DNA of 25,658 nucleotides, taken from the IMG/VR virus record IMGVR_UViG_3300048819_000005, positions 1-25,658 of that record, one strand, 5' to 3'. Shown one piece after another: positions 16,949 to 25,658 of the stretch. The notes beneath the pieces were generated by a model. The model searched no databases and had not been told where the DNA came from. It saw nothing but the letters and a program-made list of their open reading frames with translations. Made by a program: the position numbers and the translations under genes. Within the stretch, counting starts at the first letter, position 1. Each line of letters starts with the position of its first letter. This DNA comes from a virus (Duplodnaviria; Caudoviricetes).

Positions 16949-18148
16949 ATGGCATATTTCGCACCAGTTGTGACTGCTGCCGGATTATCAGTGCCCTTAT
17001 ACTCTGATATCCAAGCTTCTCTGATTACTTCATTCCAGCTTATATATGGAGCGACTGTATCTTTAGATAACTCTGATGCTGATTTTCAATGGATATCTGC
17101 TATTGCTCTGAAACTTAATGACAATATGAATCTTTGTCAATTAGACTATAATAATAGATCCCCAATGACAGCTATTGGGGTCGGTCTAGATGCTGTAGTT
17201 GAATTAAATGGGATTGCTCGTCTTCAAGCTACTAACTCAACAGTCACCTTAACTTTAACAGGTACACCACTTACTCCTATTACTAATGCGGTAGTGTCTG
17301 ATGTAAATGGTATACTGTGGTCTCTACCATCCTTAGTAGTTATTGGTAGTGGTGGTAGTGTTATGGTTTCTGCCATATGTCAGCAGAGTGGGCCTATTAG
17401 TGCTGGTCCCGGAACAGTTATATATCCTGTAGGTGGTTTCACTACAGGTTGGACTGGAGTAACAAATGCGGCTGCAGCAGCATCAGGAACCCCAGCCGAA
17501 TCTGATTCTCAGTTAAGAGCTAGACAAGTCATATCAGTAGCTCTACCATCCTCTACTAGATTAGCAGGTACTACGGCTGAAGTTGAAGCAGTACCTGGAG
17601 TTACCAGAACTAATATTCTAGAGAATCAAAGTTCGGTTACTGACTCATTTGGAAACGAAAGCCATTCTTTGACATGTGTTGTTGAAGGTGGAACTGATCT
17701 AGCTGTAGCAACAGCTATATTCAACAACAGAGGAATTGGTCCAAATACTCAAGGAGCTACGGTTCCTACAATGACTATAGTTGCTGTTACTGATCCTAAT
17801 TCTGGAAACGTAACTAACATAGGATTTGTAAGGCCTACATATGTTCCTATTTATGTGAGTCTCAGTGTTCATGGACTGACTTCAGCTTTTACGACAGCTA
17901 CCCAAGCCGCTATAAAAGCAGCTCTAGTTCTCTATCTGAATAGTTTAGAGATTGGAGAAGAAGTTACGCTATCAGCTTTATACGCTGTAGCTCTATCAGT
18001 AACTCCAAATCTTTTAGTTCCTATATTTTCTGTAAGAGCACTCACTCTCGGAACTGCACCTTCTCCTGGTGGAACTAGCGATATTTCACTTCTGTTCTAT
18101 CAAGTTGCTCAGGGACTTACCGCTAATGTAGTACTTACGGTGGTGTAA
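16949..18148 (+). CDS. baseplate J / gp47-family wedge protein
   Basis: P.TA.G..LD....NGI.R..AT.S, VTN..AA..G...ESDSQLRAR, VPGV, HSL..VVEGG, I.F.RP motifs. Confidence 0.9.
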   Translation: MAYFAPVVTAAGLSVPLYSDIQASLITSFQLIYGATVSLDNSDADFQWISAIALKLNDNMNLCQLDYNNRSPMTAIGVGLDAVVELNGIARLQATNSTVTLTLTGTPLTPITNAVVSDVNGILWSLPSLVVIGSGGSVMVSAICQQSGPISAGPGTVIYPVGGFTTGWTGVTNAAAAASGTPAESDSQLRARQVISVALPSSTRLAGTTAEVEAVPGVTRTNILENQSSVTDSFGNESHSLTCVVEGGTDLAVATAIFNNRGIGPNTQGATVPTMTIVAVTDPNSGNVTNIGFVRPTYVPIYVSLSVHGLTSAFTTATQAAIKAALVLYLNSLEIGEEVTLSALYAVALSVTPNLLVPIFSVRALTLGTAPSPGGTSDISLLFYQVAQGLTANVVLTVV

Positions 18149-18729
18149 TGTCTAGTCCGATACAAGTACTTCCAATAGGGTACTATCTTAATCTATTAAC
18201 TTCTCAGTATGGTGAGGCGGAGCCTTTTCAGAGATGGCTACAAGCTGTTCTTAATATAGCCAATGATATCAGTAACTGCCTTCTTAGTATAGGTCCTGCT
18301 TTCGATCTTAACTATGCTGTCGGAGTTCAATTAGATACTCTAGGAACTATAGTAGGAGTTAGTAGGACTGTTCCTTTTCAACCAACTGGTGGAGTTAGTC
18401 CTATTCTAGATGATACTACATATAGGCTTCTGATTAAAGCAACTATAGCTAATAATCAATGGGACGGGAAAGTAGGAAGTCTTTATCCTATTTGGAATAA
18501 CCTATTTCCTGGTGGTCATATTACTATAATAGATAATCAGAATATGACAGCAGATATTATTCTAACAGGTTCATTTACTTCCATTATCCAGGATCTTATA
18601 ACTAATGATATGATTGTTCCTAGGCCAGAGACTGTAGCTTATACATACATCGTTGGAGATCTACCTCTCTTTGGATTCGATCTCAATAACGGATTCATTG
18701 CAGGATTCGATACAGGAAAATGGAGCTAA
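18148..18729 (+). CDS. baseplate wedge protein (DUF2612-like)
   Basis: Y.NLLTSQY, FDL..AVGVQLD.LG.IVGVSR, LDD.TYRLLIKA.I..NQWDG, DNQNMT, FGFD...GFD.G.W. Confidence 0.85.
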   Translation: MSSPIQVLPIGYYLNLLTSQYGEAEPFQRWLQAVLNIANDISNCLLSIGPAFDLNYAVGVQLDTLGTIVGVSRTVPFQPTGGVSPILDDTTYRLLIKATIANNQWDGKVGSLYPIWNNLFPGGHITIIDNQNMTADIILTGSFTSIIQDLITNDMIVPRPETVAYTYIVGDLPLFGFDLNNGFIAGFDTGKWS

Positions 18730-18732
18730 GAG

Positions 18733-19908
18733 ATGCCTACTAATTTTCTTCAATGGAATCCTACTTCTGCAAATCAGGAATCTGATGCAGCTTATTTAGC
18801 CGATACTCAAAGAGTAGGTGGAGCCCCTACTGACACTCCATTTCCTTCACCTACTGCAAACAAGTTATTTTACCAAGCTACTACTGGTATTACAGCTCTA
18901 ATGCAGATGATGTCAGCTAAAGGTTTTACAGTTAATGATACTAATATAGGAACATTAGCTGCTACTTTAGCTGCTATTCAAACTACTGCAGATTCAAGAG
19001 CTGGGCATATTATTATTCCGTATGCCTCTACCATAACTTTTAACTCTGCAAAGAATACTGGTTTCGAAGTTTCTCTTACAGGAAATATTACGGTAAACAT
19101 CACAGGTCAAACTCCTGGTCAGTTGATCTTTATGATGTTTAGTCAAGATGCTACCGGCGGTCGAACTATTTCTATTCCGTCGGCTGTAGGAGAGGTATTT
19201 TATGATTCTCTTGCTACTGCTCAGAGTACGATGTTATTTGAAGTTGTAAGCGATGGGTCACTAAGAGCCGTAACTCCTGGCATGGCTGGATCTGGTATCA
19301 ATGGTACTCCTATTGGTGCTAGTATTCCTAGTACAGGTAAATTTTCTACTTTATCAACTACCGATTTAGCTACTCTTGCTTCCCTTTTAGTTAGTGGGGC
19401 ATCTACTATAAATGGTGGAACTTTAAATGGAACATTTGCAGGTAGTCCATCGTTTAGTGGTAATCCAACTTTTGCAGGAGCTGTTTTAAATGGAGAGTAT
19501 GCAGGTAACCCGGACTTTTCTGGGGCTCCCACTGTTCCAAGTATAGCTTTAACCGATATTTCTGCAAAAATTGCTAATACTAACTGGGTCAATAATTTCG
19601 TGGCCTCTATATTTGGATCTAGTTCTGGATTCGCTATAAATCTATCTATAAATGGATTTATCAGATTTCCTACTATTTTAGGTAGTATCATCATACAGTG
19701 GGGAAGAACAGGTAATTTAGGTGGTAATCCAGGAACAGTTACTTTTCCATTAGTATTCCCTAATCTTGTATTTTCTTGCGTCGTAACTCCTCTATCAGGT
19801 GGAAGTAACGCAGACTTTATGGGATTATATAGTCTTTCTAATTCAGGGTTTACTGTCTACGATGATGGCGCCGGAGCAGAATGTGTTTGGATAGCAATAG
19901 GTTATTAA
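18733..19908 (+). CDS. tail fibre protein with a gp53-like C-terminal domain
   Basis: N-terminal NKLFYQAT anchor region, QDATGGRT domain, NGTPIGA..PSTG.F.TL and FSG.PT repeats, KIANT.WV, C-terminal IIIQWG..VTFP..FPN..WIAIGY. Confidence 0.8.
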   Translation: MPTNFLQWNPTSANQESDAAYLADTQRVGGAPTDTPFPSPTANKLFYQATTGITALMQMMSAKGFTVNDTNIGTLAATLAAIQTTADSRAGHIIIPYASTITFNSAKNTGFEVSLTGNITVNITGQTPGQLIFMMFSQDATGGRTISIPSAVGEVFYDSLATAQSTMLFEVVSDGSLRAVTPGMAGSGINGTPIGASIPSTGKFSTLSTTDLATLASLLVSGASTINGGTLNGTFAGSPSFSGNPTFAGAVLNGEYAGNPDFSGAPTVPSIALTDISAKIANTNWVNNFVASIFGSSSGFAINLSINGFIRFPTILGSIIIQWGRTGNLGGNPGTVTFPLVFPNLVFSCVVTPLSGGSNADFMGLYSLSNSGFTVYDDGAGAECVWIAIGY

Positions 19909-19916
19909 GAGGAAAC

Positions 19917-22900
19917 ATGAAAAGACTGGTATTCTTTCTTATTTTCGTGTTATTTGTAGCTAACGCTCAACAAGTTACGACAACTCCAAATATTGGTCTA
20001 GAGATCCCTTTGGGTGGTACTCCTAATTGGAATATTCCTCTTAACTATAACTTCAATCTGTTAGATCAACTCATAGGTGGAACTCAGCAAAATCCTGGAG
20101 TCGGCCTCTCTTTGAAGCCTCTCTTTGGTACCGGAGCTCCGGCTGTTCCTTGTACTGTAAATAATCAAGGTCAGCAGTACTTCGATACTAGTACGTCTCC
20201 ATTTACTGGATATGTTTGTAATGGTCTAGTATGGTCTCCATCTGGATCTTCTGGTGGAGGAAGTTTTCCATCTAATGCTTTAGTATATGGATTAACTTCT
20301 TCTACTTCTAGGGCTGCTACTCCTTCAGACTTTGCTGCTCTGCTATCTAGTCTTGTAGGATGTGCTACGGCTTCTTATGTGTATTCTCCGGCTAATGGGA
20401 ATTGTATTTCTACTTCAGGTCCTGGTGGATCAGGTACTGTTAGTAGCAGTGGTCCTTACAATGATACTGGGTATCAAGCTGGGACAGCCGGTACGGTAGT
20501 AACTGGCATTAGTAATAAGTTTACTATGCCAACCGGACTTTCAGCTGCAGCACTTCAGACTCAATTCTCTAGAATTTCTAGTTCTACCATAAATCTTCAG
20601 AATGGAGATTTTTCTCACTTCAATAGTTGGACTAATAATAGCAACACCGTCAATGATGACAGAGGGGATATCCCCACTGTTGGTTGGAATGTCAAAGAGT
20701 CTGATGCTCAATGCGATGCTACTACGTTCAATGGGAACGTGACACATGGATCTCCTACCCTTACATGGACTAATGGTTCTACTGTAGATGGCCAGAACTT
20801 TACCCCTGCAGATGCGGGGGATCCAACTACTCATCTAGGTGCTAAGTGGATCTCGATGGTCGGAGTATCTCTTGATACTGGCCATGTAACTAGATGGGAT
20901 GCTCAGGTCATAGGTTACACAGATGTTTTTCACGTAACCCTCGACTCTAATGCTCCTTTCACTGAGAGTAACTGGTCTTTTACTTTCGGCCATATTGATA
21001 CCGCTGCGATGAACAGCGCCATGACCCTGTGGCGCGGAGCCGCGATGACTATCAAGATTCCTGCTAGAGGAGTCTGTTGGTCCCATGCTCTTAAACTGGA
21101 GGGTCAGAGTTTAGAGGGTCAAGGATCGAACGTTAGTTTTCTTCTTCCTTTTGCAGGTGAAGATACTATTGCTGCAGATGATCCAACGAATGGTAGCTTT
21201 ATAGGTAACTCGAATCCTGGACAAACTATCAAGCATCTGGGGATTCTAGTCGATGCTAGAATTGATTCTACTCTACCGTGGGATACTGACATTAGTGGTA
21301 CTGTTACGGCAAAAACTCCCACCTATAGACCGTGGGGAATTTTAACTTATCTAGCCAATAACCCTCTTGGATGGGGTTGGATTCAAAATGCCCAGAACGG
21401 TGTAGCCTCAGTTACTAATGGTTCAGCCGTGATGTGTGTTCCTTCAGGGTCTTCGGGAACTATTCCTTTACCTCCTACAACTCAACCTATTTTCTTCCCA
21501 TACCAAGCTACTAATACTGCTATATTTAAAACTACAGTAGCTAGCTATTCTGGAAGTTGTCCTACTGGTTCTTCTCCTGTAACTCTAGGCACGGCATATA
21601 CTGGACCAACTAATAGTCAAGCTGAATGGTTTACTGGAACTGCTGTACAGACTCTTCAAACAGCTATTCCTGCTACGGGTCGTACGTTCCCAATGACGGT
21701 TAATGTATCACTTCCTATTAATCCTACTCCTCTAAATACGGTCTATGCGGCTCCGCCTCAATTTGGTGGGGCAAATGATACTTTCGATAGTAACGTAGCT
21801 CCATATGGAACTATACTAATAGATGGAGAACAGTGTTCTTATTTCGGCACATCTTCTTATCCTGCTAACACAAGCACTACGTACTCCTTCAATTTAACGG
21901 CTTGCGCTCAAAATGGCACTAGTGCTGCTTCTCATTCAACAGGTGCCTACATGGCCCCCTTGAATCCATACAATCCTTCTTGGCCTTGGCCTGTATTTAA
22001 CGGATCTACAGGATCTAGTCCTTATAGCTCACAAAATGGCGCGACCTCTACTCCTGCAACAGCTGAGTATTTTCCGGCTGCTAGTTCTGGAAATGCCGGT
22101 CTATCATTCGCTAATTACAATGGCGCATTCTGGAACGGAAATGAATCGTTCCTAGAAGCTACTGTAGATGATGTAATCTTTACTAATTATCCTACACAAG
22201 TATTCTCAAGTGAGAATGCTACGAGTTACGGTACTCAAAACTCTAGTACCTGTATGTATATAGTAGCTTTACCATTTAATTCACATTTCCATAACGTCAA
22301 GTGCAATAATCTTCAGGATGGCATTATGGAGGGTCAACCTGCTATAAACTCTGGTAATTTCTTTTCTAATGGATTTCCTACGGGGGATAGTACCGATTGG
22401 CGTAACATCACTATTCACTCAGCAACTTTTCCATTCGACTTTGTCGGTGGCGGTCAAGCCATATATGATGGATTCAATACTTTTTCATCTAATGGTGGTC
22501 CAATTGCTAGGTCTAACTTTCCTTTAACTCCGACTAATACTGGAGCAGGTACTGGTTGGATATGGTCAGGAGTTTATCAAGATATTGTTTCTCCTGCGGT
22601 TTCTGGAAGTTCAGGACTTAAATATCTATGGGCTAGACAGTTTTATATAGAATTAGAAAATGGTTCTTCTGCTGGAGTAATGCCTTCTTTTAGATTTGGT
22701 TGCCTAACTATTTGCGATTGGAACATTAATCCTAACGGTGGCGGTGTAGCCTTCGTAACAGGAGCTTATAATCATTTTTCTACGGGAGCAATGCCTAACC
22801 AGTCTAATGGCTTGCCGATTATTGATTATGGCTATGGTACAGTTTTTGACCATTTCTCGGGCACGGGGAACGGAAAGAAAAGTAATACTTATGGTTTAGG

Positions 22901-24161
22901 TACTTATCTTAAATGGGGATTTGGTGGTTATGCTCAAGCTACTGCTCAGATAGGAAATCAAGGAGGCATAGGTCCTTATCAAGCTACCGGGTTAGGAACT
23001 GAGGCACCTACTTTTGGTCAAACTGCTCATGCTTTTGAGGTAGGTAATGATACTACGGCTGAGATAAGCGCAGATTCTGCGATGATCTGGCCTTATGAGT
23101 ATAACCTCAGTTCGTCTTTCGAGACTAATCCCATGGCTGGTTTGACGCATGATGATACCGCTCCGGTAACTTATAGTTATGCTTCATGTAACGTAACTAC
23201 AGGCGGTGGGTGCCTCTCATATAATTTCAATGGGGGCTCAAGGAAGTATATTGGGCTCGGGCAAGATATAGCTCCTGAGAAATTTATAGGTCACTTTTCC
23301 TTTAAGACTCCTGGAGGAGGTAATTCGTTTACCTGGGAACTTCAAGCTATATCTCCTGGATTTGGTTCATGTACAACATCTACTGTGTACATGACTACTA
23401 TAACCACCAGCGGAACTGGATGGTTACAAGGAACTACAGGTAATACTCCTATAGATCTTTCAGGTTCTTCCGGTTGTATTCTTCAATCTGTGCTTACAAA
23501 TGCAAGTTCAAATGCAGTAGTTGAAAACTCTTACATCATTCTTACCCCGTGGTGGAATCAGACCTTTACTAACATCGCTAATATAGGTTCTCTCTTCTTA
23601 CCTAATCTTTCTGGTTCTCCCGGTGATTGTCTAGTAGTTGCTAGCCTAGGAGCTATCAATGCTGTCCCGTGCTCAGGGTCCTCTGGTGGACTCACTAATT
23701 TTGGAGTCGTGTTAGGTGCTGGGACCGGTAATCCTTTGACAGCTACAGCAGCTTGTACTAGTGGAATTTTACTTGGAGGATCTCCTCCTACTTGTGGACC
23801 TATTACTCAAGCCTTGCTTCCTGCTACGAGTGGCGTCACTCTCTGTAGTGGAACATATACCCTATTTCCGTCAGGTACTACTCTTAATGCTGGAACAGGA
23901 ACTACACCAGTTACATTCTCTTGTCCTGGTTTAGATAGTACAACTGCTTGTTCTGGACAATGTTATGATAGTGTGGATGTGAACTTTTACGGTACTCTTC
24001 CATTACCTTCTGGGAGTGGTTTCGCTACCGGTTCTTCAGGTATTCTCACTATTAAAAAGTCTGGAACTCTCAATACTATATATCTTGAGGTTGATAACTT
24101 GACCGCTAACCCAATTGTTATTACAACTCCAACTGCTATAACGTATCAAGGAAAGAGATAA
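19917..24161 (+). CDS. 1414-aa tailspike/receptor-binding-like protein with a predicted Sec signal peptide, beta-helix (pectate-lyase-3-like) core and 26 Cys
   Basis: Start reassigned to ATG 19917 (AGAGGA RBS, no overlap with the fibre gene). MKR + LVFFLIFVLFV + ANA, then TTTPNIGL..P...W..PLN.NF..LD anchor-like motif; NVKESDAQCD...IDTAAMNSAM...IKIPA resembles the beta-helix cap motif. Confidence 0.75.
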   Translation: MKRLVFFLIFVLFVANAQQVTTTPNIGLEIPLGGTPNWNIPLNYNFNLLDQLIGGTQQNPGVGLSLKPLFGTGAPAVPCTVNNQGQQYFDTSTSPFTGYVCNGLVWSPSGSSGGGSFPSNALVYGLTSSTSRAATPSDFAALLSSLVGCATASYVYSPANGNCISTSGPGGSGTVSSSGPYNDTGYQAGTAGTVVTGISNKFTMPTGLSAAALQTQFSRISSSTINLQNGDFSHFNSWTNNSNTVNDDRGDIPTVGWNVKESDAQCDATTFNGNVTHGSPTLTWTNGSTVDGQNFTPADAGDPTTHLGAKWISMVGVSLDTGHVTRWDAQVIGYTDVFHVTLDSNAPFTESNWSFTFGHIDTAAMNSAMTLWRGAAMTIKIPARGVCWSHALKLEGQSLEGQGSNVSFLLPFAGEDTIAADDPTNGSFIGNSNPGQTIKHLGILVDARIDSTLPWDTDISGTVTAKTPTYRPWGILTYLANNPLGWGWIQNAQNGVASVTNGSAVMCVPSGSSGTIPLPPTTQPIFFPYQATNTAIFKTTVASYSGSCPTGSSPVTLGTAYTGPTNSQAEWFTGTAVQTLQTAIPATGRTFPMTVNVSLPINPTPLNTVYAAPPQFGGANDTFDSNVAPYGTILIDGEQCSYFGTSSYPANTSTTYSFNLTACAQNGTSAASHSTGAYMAPLNPYNPSWPWPVFNGSTGSSPYSSQNGATSTPATAEYFPAASSGNAGLSFANYNGAFWNGNESFLEATVDDVIFTNYPTQVFSSENATSYGTQNSSTCMYIVALPFNSHFHNVKCNNLQDGIMEGQPAINSGNFFSNGFPTGDSTDWRNITIHSATFPFDFVGGGQAIYDGFNTFSSNGGPIARSNFPLTPTNTGAGTGWIWSGVYQDIVSPAVSGSSGLKYLWARQFYIELENGSSAGVMPSFRFGCLTICDWNINPNGGGVAFVTGAYNHFSTGAMPNQSNGLPIIDYGYGTVFDHFSGTGNGKKSNTYGLGTYLKWGFGGYAQATAQIGNQGGIGPYQATGLGTEAPTFGQTAHAFEVGNDTTAEISADSAMIWPYEYNLSSSFETNPMAGLTHDDTAPVTYSYASCNVTTGGGCLSYNFNGGSRKYIGLGQDIAPEKFIGHFSFKTPGGGNSFTWELQAISPGFGSCTTSTVYMTTITTSGTGWLQGTTGNTPIDLSGSSGCILQSVLTNASSNAVVENSYIILTPWWNQTFTNIANIGSLFLPNLSGSPGDCLVVASLGAINAVPCSGSSGGLTNFGVVLGAGTGNPLTATAACTSGILLGGSPPTCGPITQALLPATSGVTLCSGTYTLFPSGTTLNAGTGTTPVTFSCPGLDSTTACSGQCYDSVDVNFYGTLPLPSGSGFATGSSGILTIKKSGTLNTIYLEVDNLTANPIVITTPTAITYQGKR

Positions 24162-24529
24162 TGAGATATCTTGGACTTTTGCTTCTATTTATTCAGGTAT
24201 CTCCTTATCAGACTACTTATAGTGGCCCACCGTTAGGACAAGTAGTATGTGTTGGTACTGTCCAGATAATCGATGGAATAACTTCTATTCAATCTGGTCA
24301 GGAATACTCAATCACTATCCCGTGCTCCGGGATTCAACCAAATGATTCTCCCATTTTAACTCCAATGGGAAGCATCTTTTCTGTACCTGGATTTGCCGCT
24401 AATACAAAGGGTATTCCAACTATGGGGTACACTGTAACTCCTTCAGGGGTAGAGGTTGATATAGTAAACAACACTCTACTGCCTATAACTCCGGGAAAAT
24501 TCTCAGCCCAACTTAGAGTAATTCGATAG
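24161..24529 (+). CDS. 122-aa probably exported protein, paralogous to the C-terminal domain of the upstream protein
   Basis: TAATG coupling; N-terminal MRYLGLLLLFI; aligns by eye with the upstream C-terminus (C.GT, T..C.G, GFA, GI.T, V.N.T..PI, terminal R). Confidence 0.7.
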   Translation: MRYLGLLLLFIQVSPYQTTYSGPPLGQVVCVGTVQIIDGITSIQSGQEYSITIPCSGIQPNDSPILTPMGSIFSVPGFAANTKGIPTMGYTVTPSGVEVDIVNNTLLPITPGKFSAQLRVIR

Positions 24530-24551
24530 AATCTAAATAGAGGGATACACA

Positions 24552-24998
24552 GTGGAATTACCTATAAAGTTTTGGGAAGATCCGGAATTTATCAATGCTA
24601 TAACTAACGAGGTACGTAATCAGATGCAACCCGTGCTCCGTAGTATTACAGAGATAAGGGAACAAAACTCTCAACAAACAAATTTACTGTCATCTATTAG
24701 TAAGTGGGCTGAAGAGCTCTATGGTAATGGTAAGGGAAAAAAAGGATTTTTAGAAAGAGCCAGAGATGAGGATAAACAGAAACTTACTGAACTTTCAGCT
24801 GCGGTAAGTGAATATAAAGCAGAAAAACTGAAGCAAGAAGGCAAAGCTGAATTGCTCAGGGAGCAAAGTGAAACTAAGATAAATACGCTCAAAAAGCTAA
24901 GACTATGGTTAGGCATTATAGGTACTATTGCAGGCGCTGGATTAATCGATTTTATTAAACCTATCCTGCTACACTGGCTTCAATTACCTGGAAAGTAA
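24552..24998 (+). CDS. coiled-coil protein with one C-terminal transmembrane helix (holin/lysis-associated candidate)
   Basis: LYGNGKG..G.LER motif, heptad-like region, TM LWLGIIGTIAGAGLIDFI; lies after the fibre genes. Confidence 0.6.
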   Translation: MELPIKFWEDPEFINAITNEVRNQMQPVLRSITEIREQNSQQTNLLSSISKWAEELYGNGKGKKGFLERARDEDKQKLTELSAAVSEYKAEKLKQEGKAELLREQSETKINTLKKLRLWLGIIGTIAGAGLIDFIKPILLHWLQLPGK

Positions 24999-25081
24999 AT
25001 GTGCAAACCCGGGTTGAGTATTTTATTGCCGCCGGGTTGCACAAATCACCTGGAGTATCCCCAGGATTCACTAAGGATATC
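24996..25081 (+). repeat. 86-bp intergenic element, copy 2
   Basis: Direct repeat of 14644-14729 at an offset of 10352 bp; also starts at the TAA of the upstream gene. Confidence 0.95.
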
Positions 25082-25120
25082 TTTAATTAACTAAAATCAT
25101 CATTTAAATGGAGAATACAT

Positions 25121-25396
25121 ATGTTTGGATTATCAGGTCACGAGTCCTTTATTCTAGGCGTAGCTTCTCTATGGCTCGTATCTGCCGCAGTTGGTGCTCT
25201 AAATGTCCCAACAACATCAAGTAGTAACTTTTACCAATGGTTCTATAAGTTCTCTAAAACAGTTGTTGGGGATTTAGGTTCAGTGTTCTCTAATTATCTA
25301 CCTAAACTTCCCACAATTATTCAAAGTGACACAGTTACTTTGACTGCTGGCGATTTGTCTAAGTCAACCACAACTTCTACAACTAAAATACCTTAA
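25121..25396 (+). CDS. small membrane protein, holin candidate
   Basis: GGAG RBS; hydrophobic FILGVASLWLVSAAVGAL followed by amphipathic FYQWFYKF. Confidence 0.6.
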   Translation: MFGLSGHESFILGVASLWLVSAAVGALNVPTTSSSNFYQWFYKFSKTVVGDLGSVFSNYLPKLPTIIQSDTVTLTAGDLSKSTTTSTTKIP

Positions 25397-25406
25397 GGAG
25401 TTTTAA

Positions 25407-25658
25407 ATGTGTGATAAAGTTATTCCAGTAGCAGAAGGGGTACTCACAGATGAGTACCCAGTACTAGTTACATTTCTTGGCGACATTGGTCAAGGTGACA
25501 CACCAAACGGAATCGCTGCTGAGAATGCCTATAAGGCGTTCGAGGTAGGTGTTGAGAACTTTCAGACGGGAACAACAATCACAGAAGTTGAAGGCGCGCT
25601 TAATGCATTTCTCGGCGTATGGAACGCGATTCCTATTCCTGTTGGAGCACAATCGATC
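25407..25658 (+). CDS. hypothetical protein, 3'-truncated; absent from the ORF track
   Basis: AAGGAG RBS, ATG 25407, open to the window end: MCDKVIPVAEGVLTDEYPVLVTFLGDIGQGDTPNGIAAENAYKAFEVGVENFQTG... Confidence 0.7.
   Translation, partial: MCDKVIPVAEGVLTDEYPVLVTFLGDIGQGDTPNGIAAENAYKAFEVGVENFQTGTTITEVEGALNAFLGVWNAIPIPVGAQSI

Noticed and set aside
19881-19916. Upstream ATG as the start of the 1426-aa ORF
   Set aside because: It overlaps the fibre gene, whereas ATG 19917 follows the stop, has an AGAGGA RBS and begins a clean signal peptide.
18733-24529. Diversity-generating retroelement or invertible fibre cassette
   Set aside because: No reverse transcriptase or invertase in the window, and I saw no adenine-variant template/variable repeat pair or flanking inverted repeats. 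The paralogy is visible only at protein level.
173-25652. All minus-strand ORFs in the track, plus the alternative-frame + ORFs 4563-4787 and 6480-6713
   Set aside because: They overlap well-supported + strand genes, have no recognisable motifs, and several simply mirror low-complexity codons (e.g. poly-Ser opposite poly-Asp/Glu).
1-25658. Tailocin, extracellular contractile injection system or type VI secretion locus; host assignment
   Set aside because: Complete head and neck genes indicate a true phage. No host genes, integrase or att site are present, so host and lifestyle cannot be determined from this window.

Overview
The window is the virion-morphogenesis operon of a tailed dsDNA phage or prophage with a contractile (myovirus-type) tail. 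All credible genes are on the + strand and tightly coupled. Gene order: 5'-truncated polyvalent protein (ADP-ribosyltransferase plus inorganic-pyrophosphatase-like domain), small ORFs and an HNH endonuclease, DUF2213-type protease/scaffold, decoration protein, major capsid protein, neck proteins, sheath, tube, tail chaperone with a -1 frameshift, tape measure with a lytic transglycosylase domain, baseplate genes, tail fibre, a 1414-aa tailspike-like protein, a small paralogue, and membrane (holin-like) proteins. Most unusual points: (1) the tailspike-like protein, and probably its paralogue, starts with a Sec-type signal peptide and has 26 Cys in 13 sequential pairs, suggesting an exported, disulfide-bonded receptor-binding protein; (2) an 86-bp structured direct repeat brackets the 10.35-kb baseplate/fibre block; (3) one ~55-aa Thr/Gly-rich module is inserted in three different virion proteins. 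All family assignments come from motif recognition and synteny; no database searches were run.
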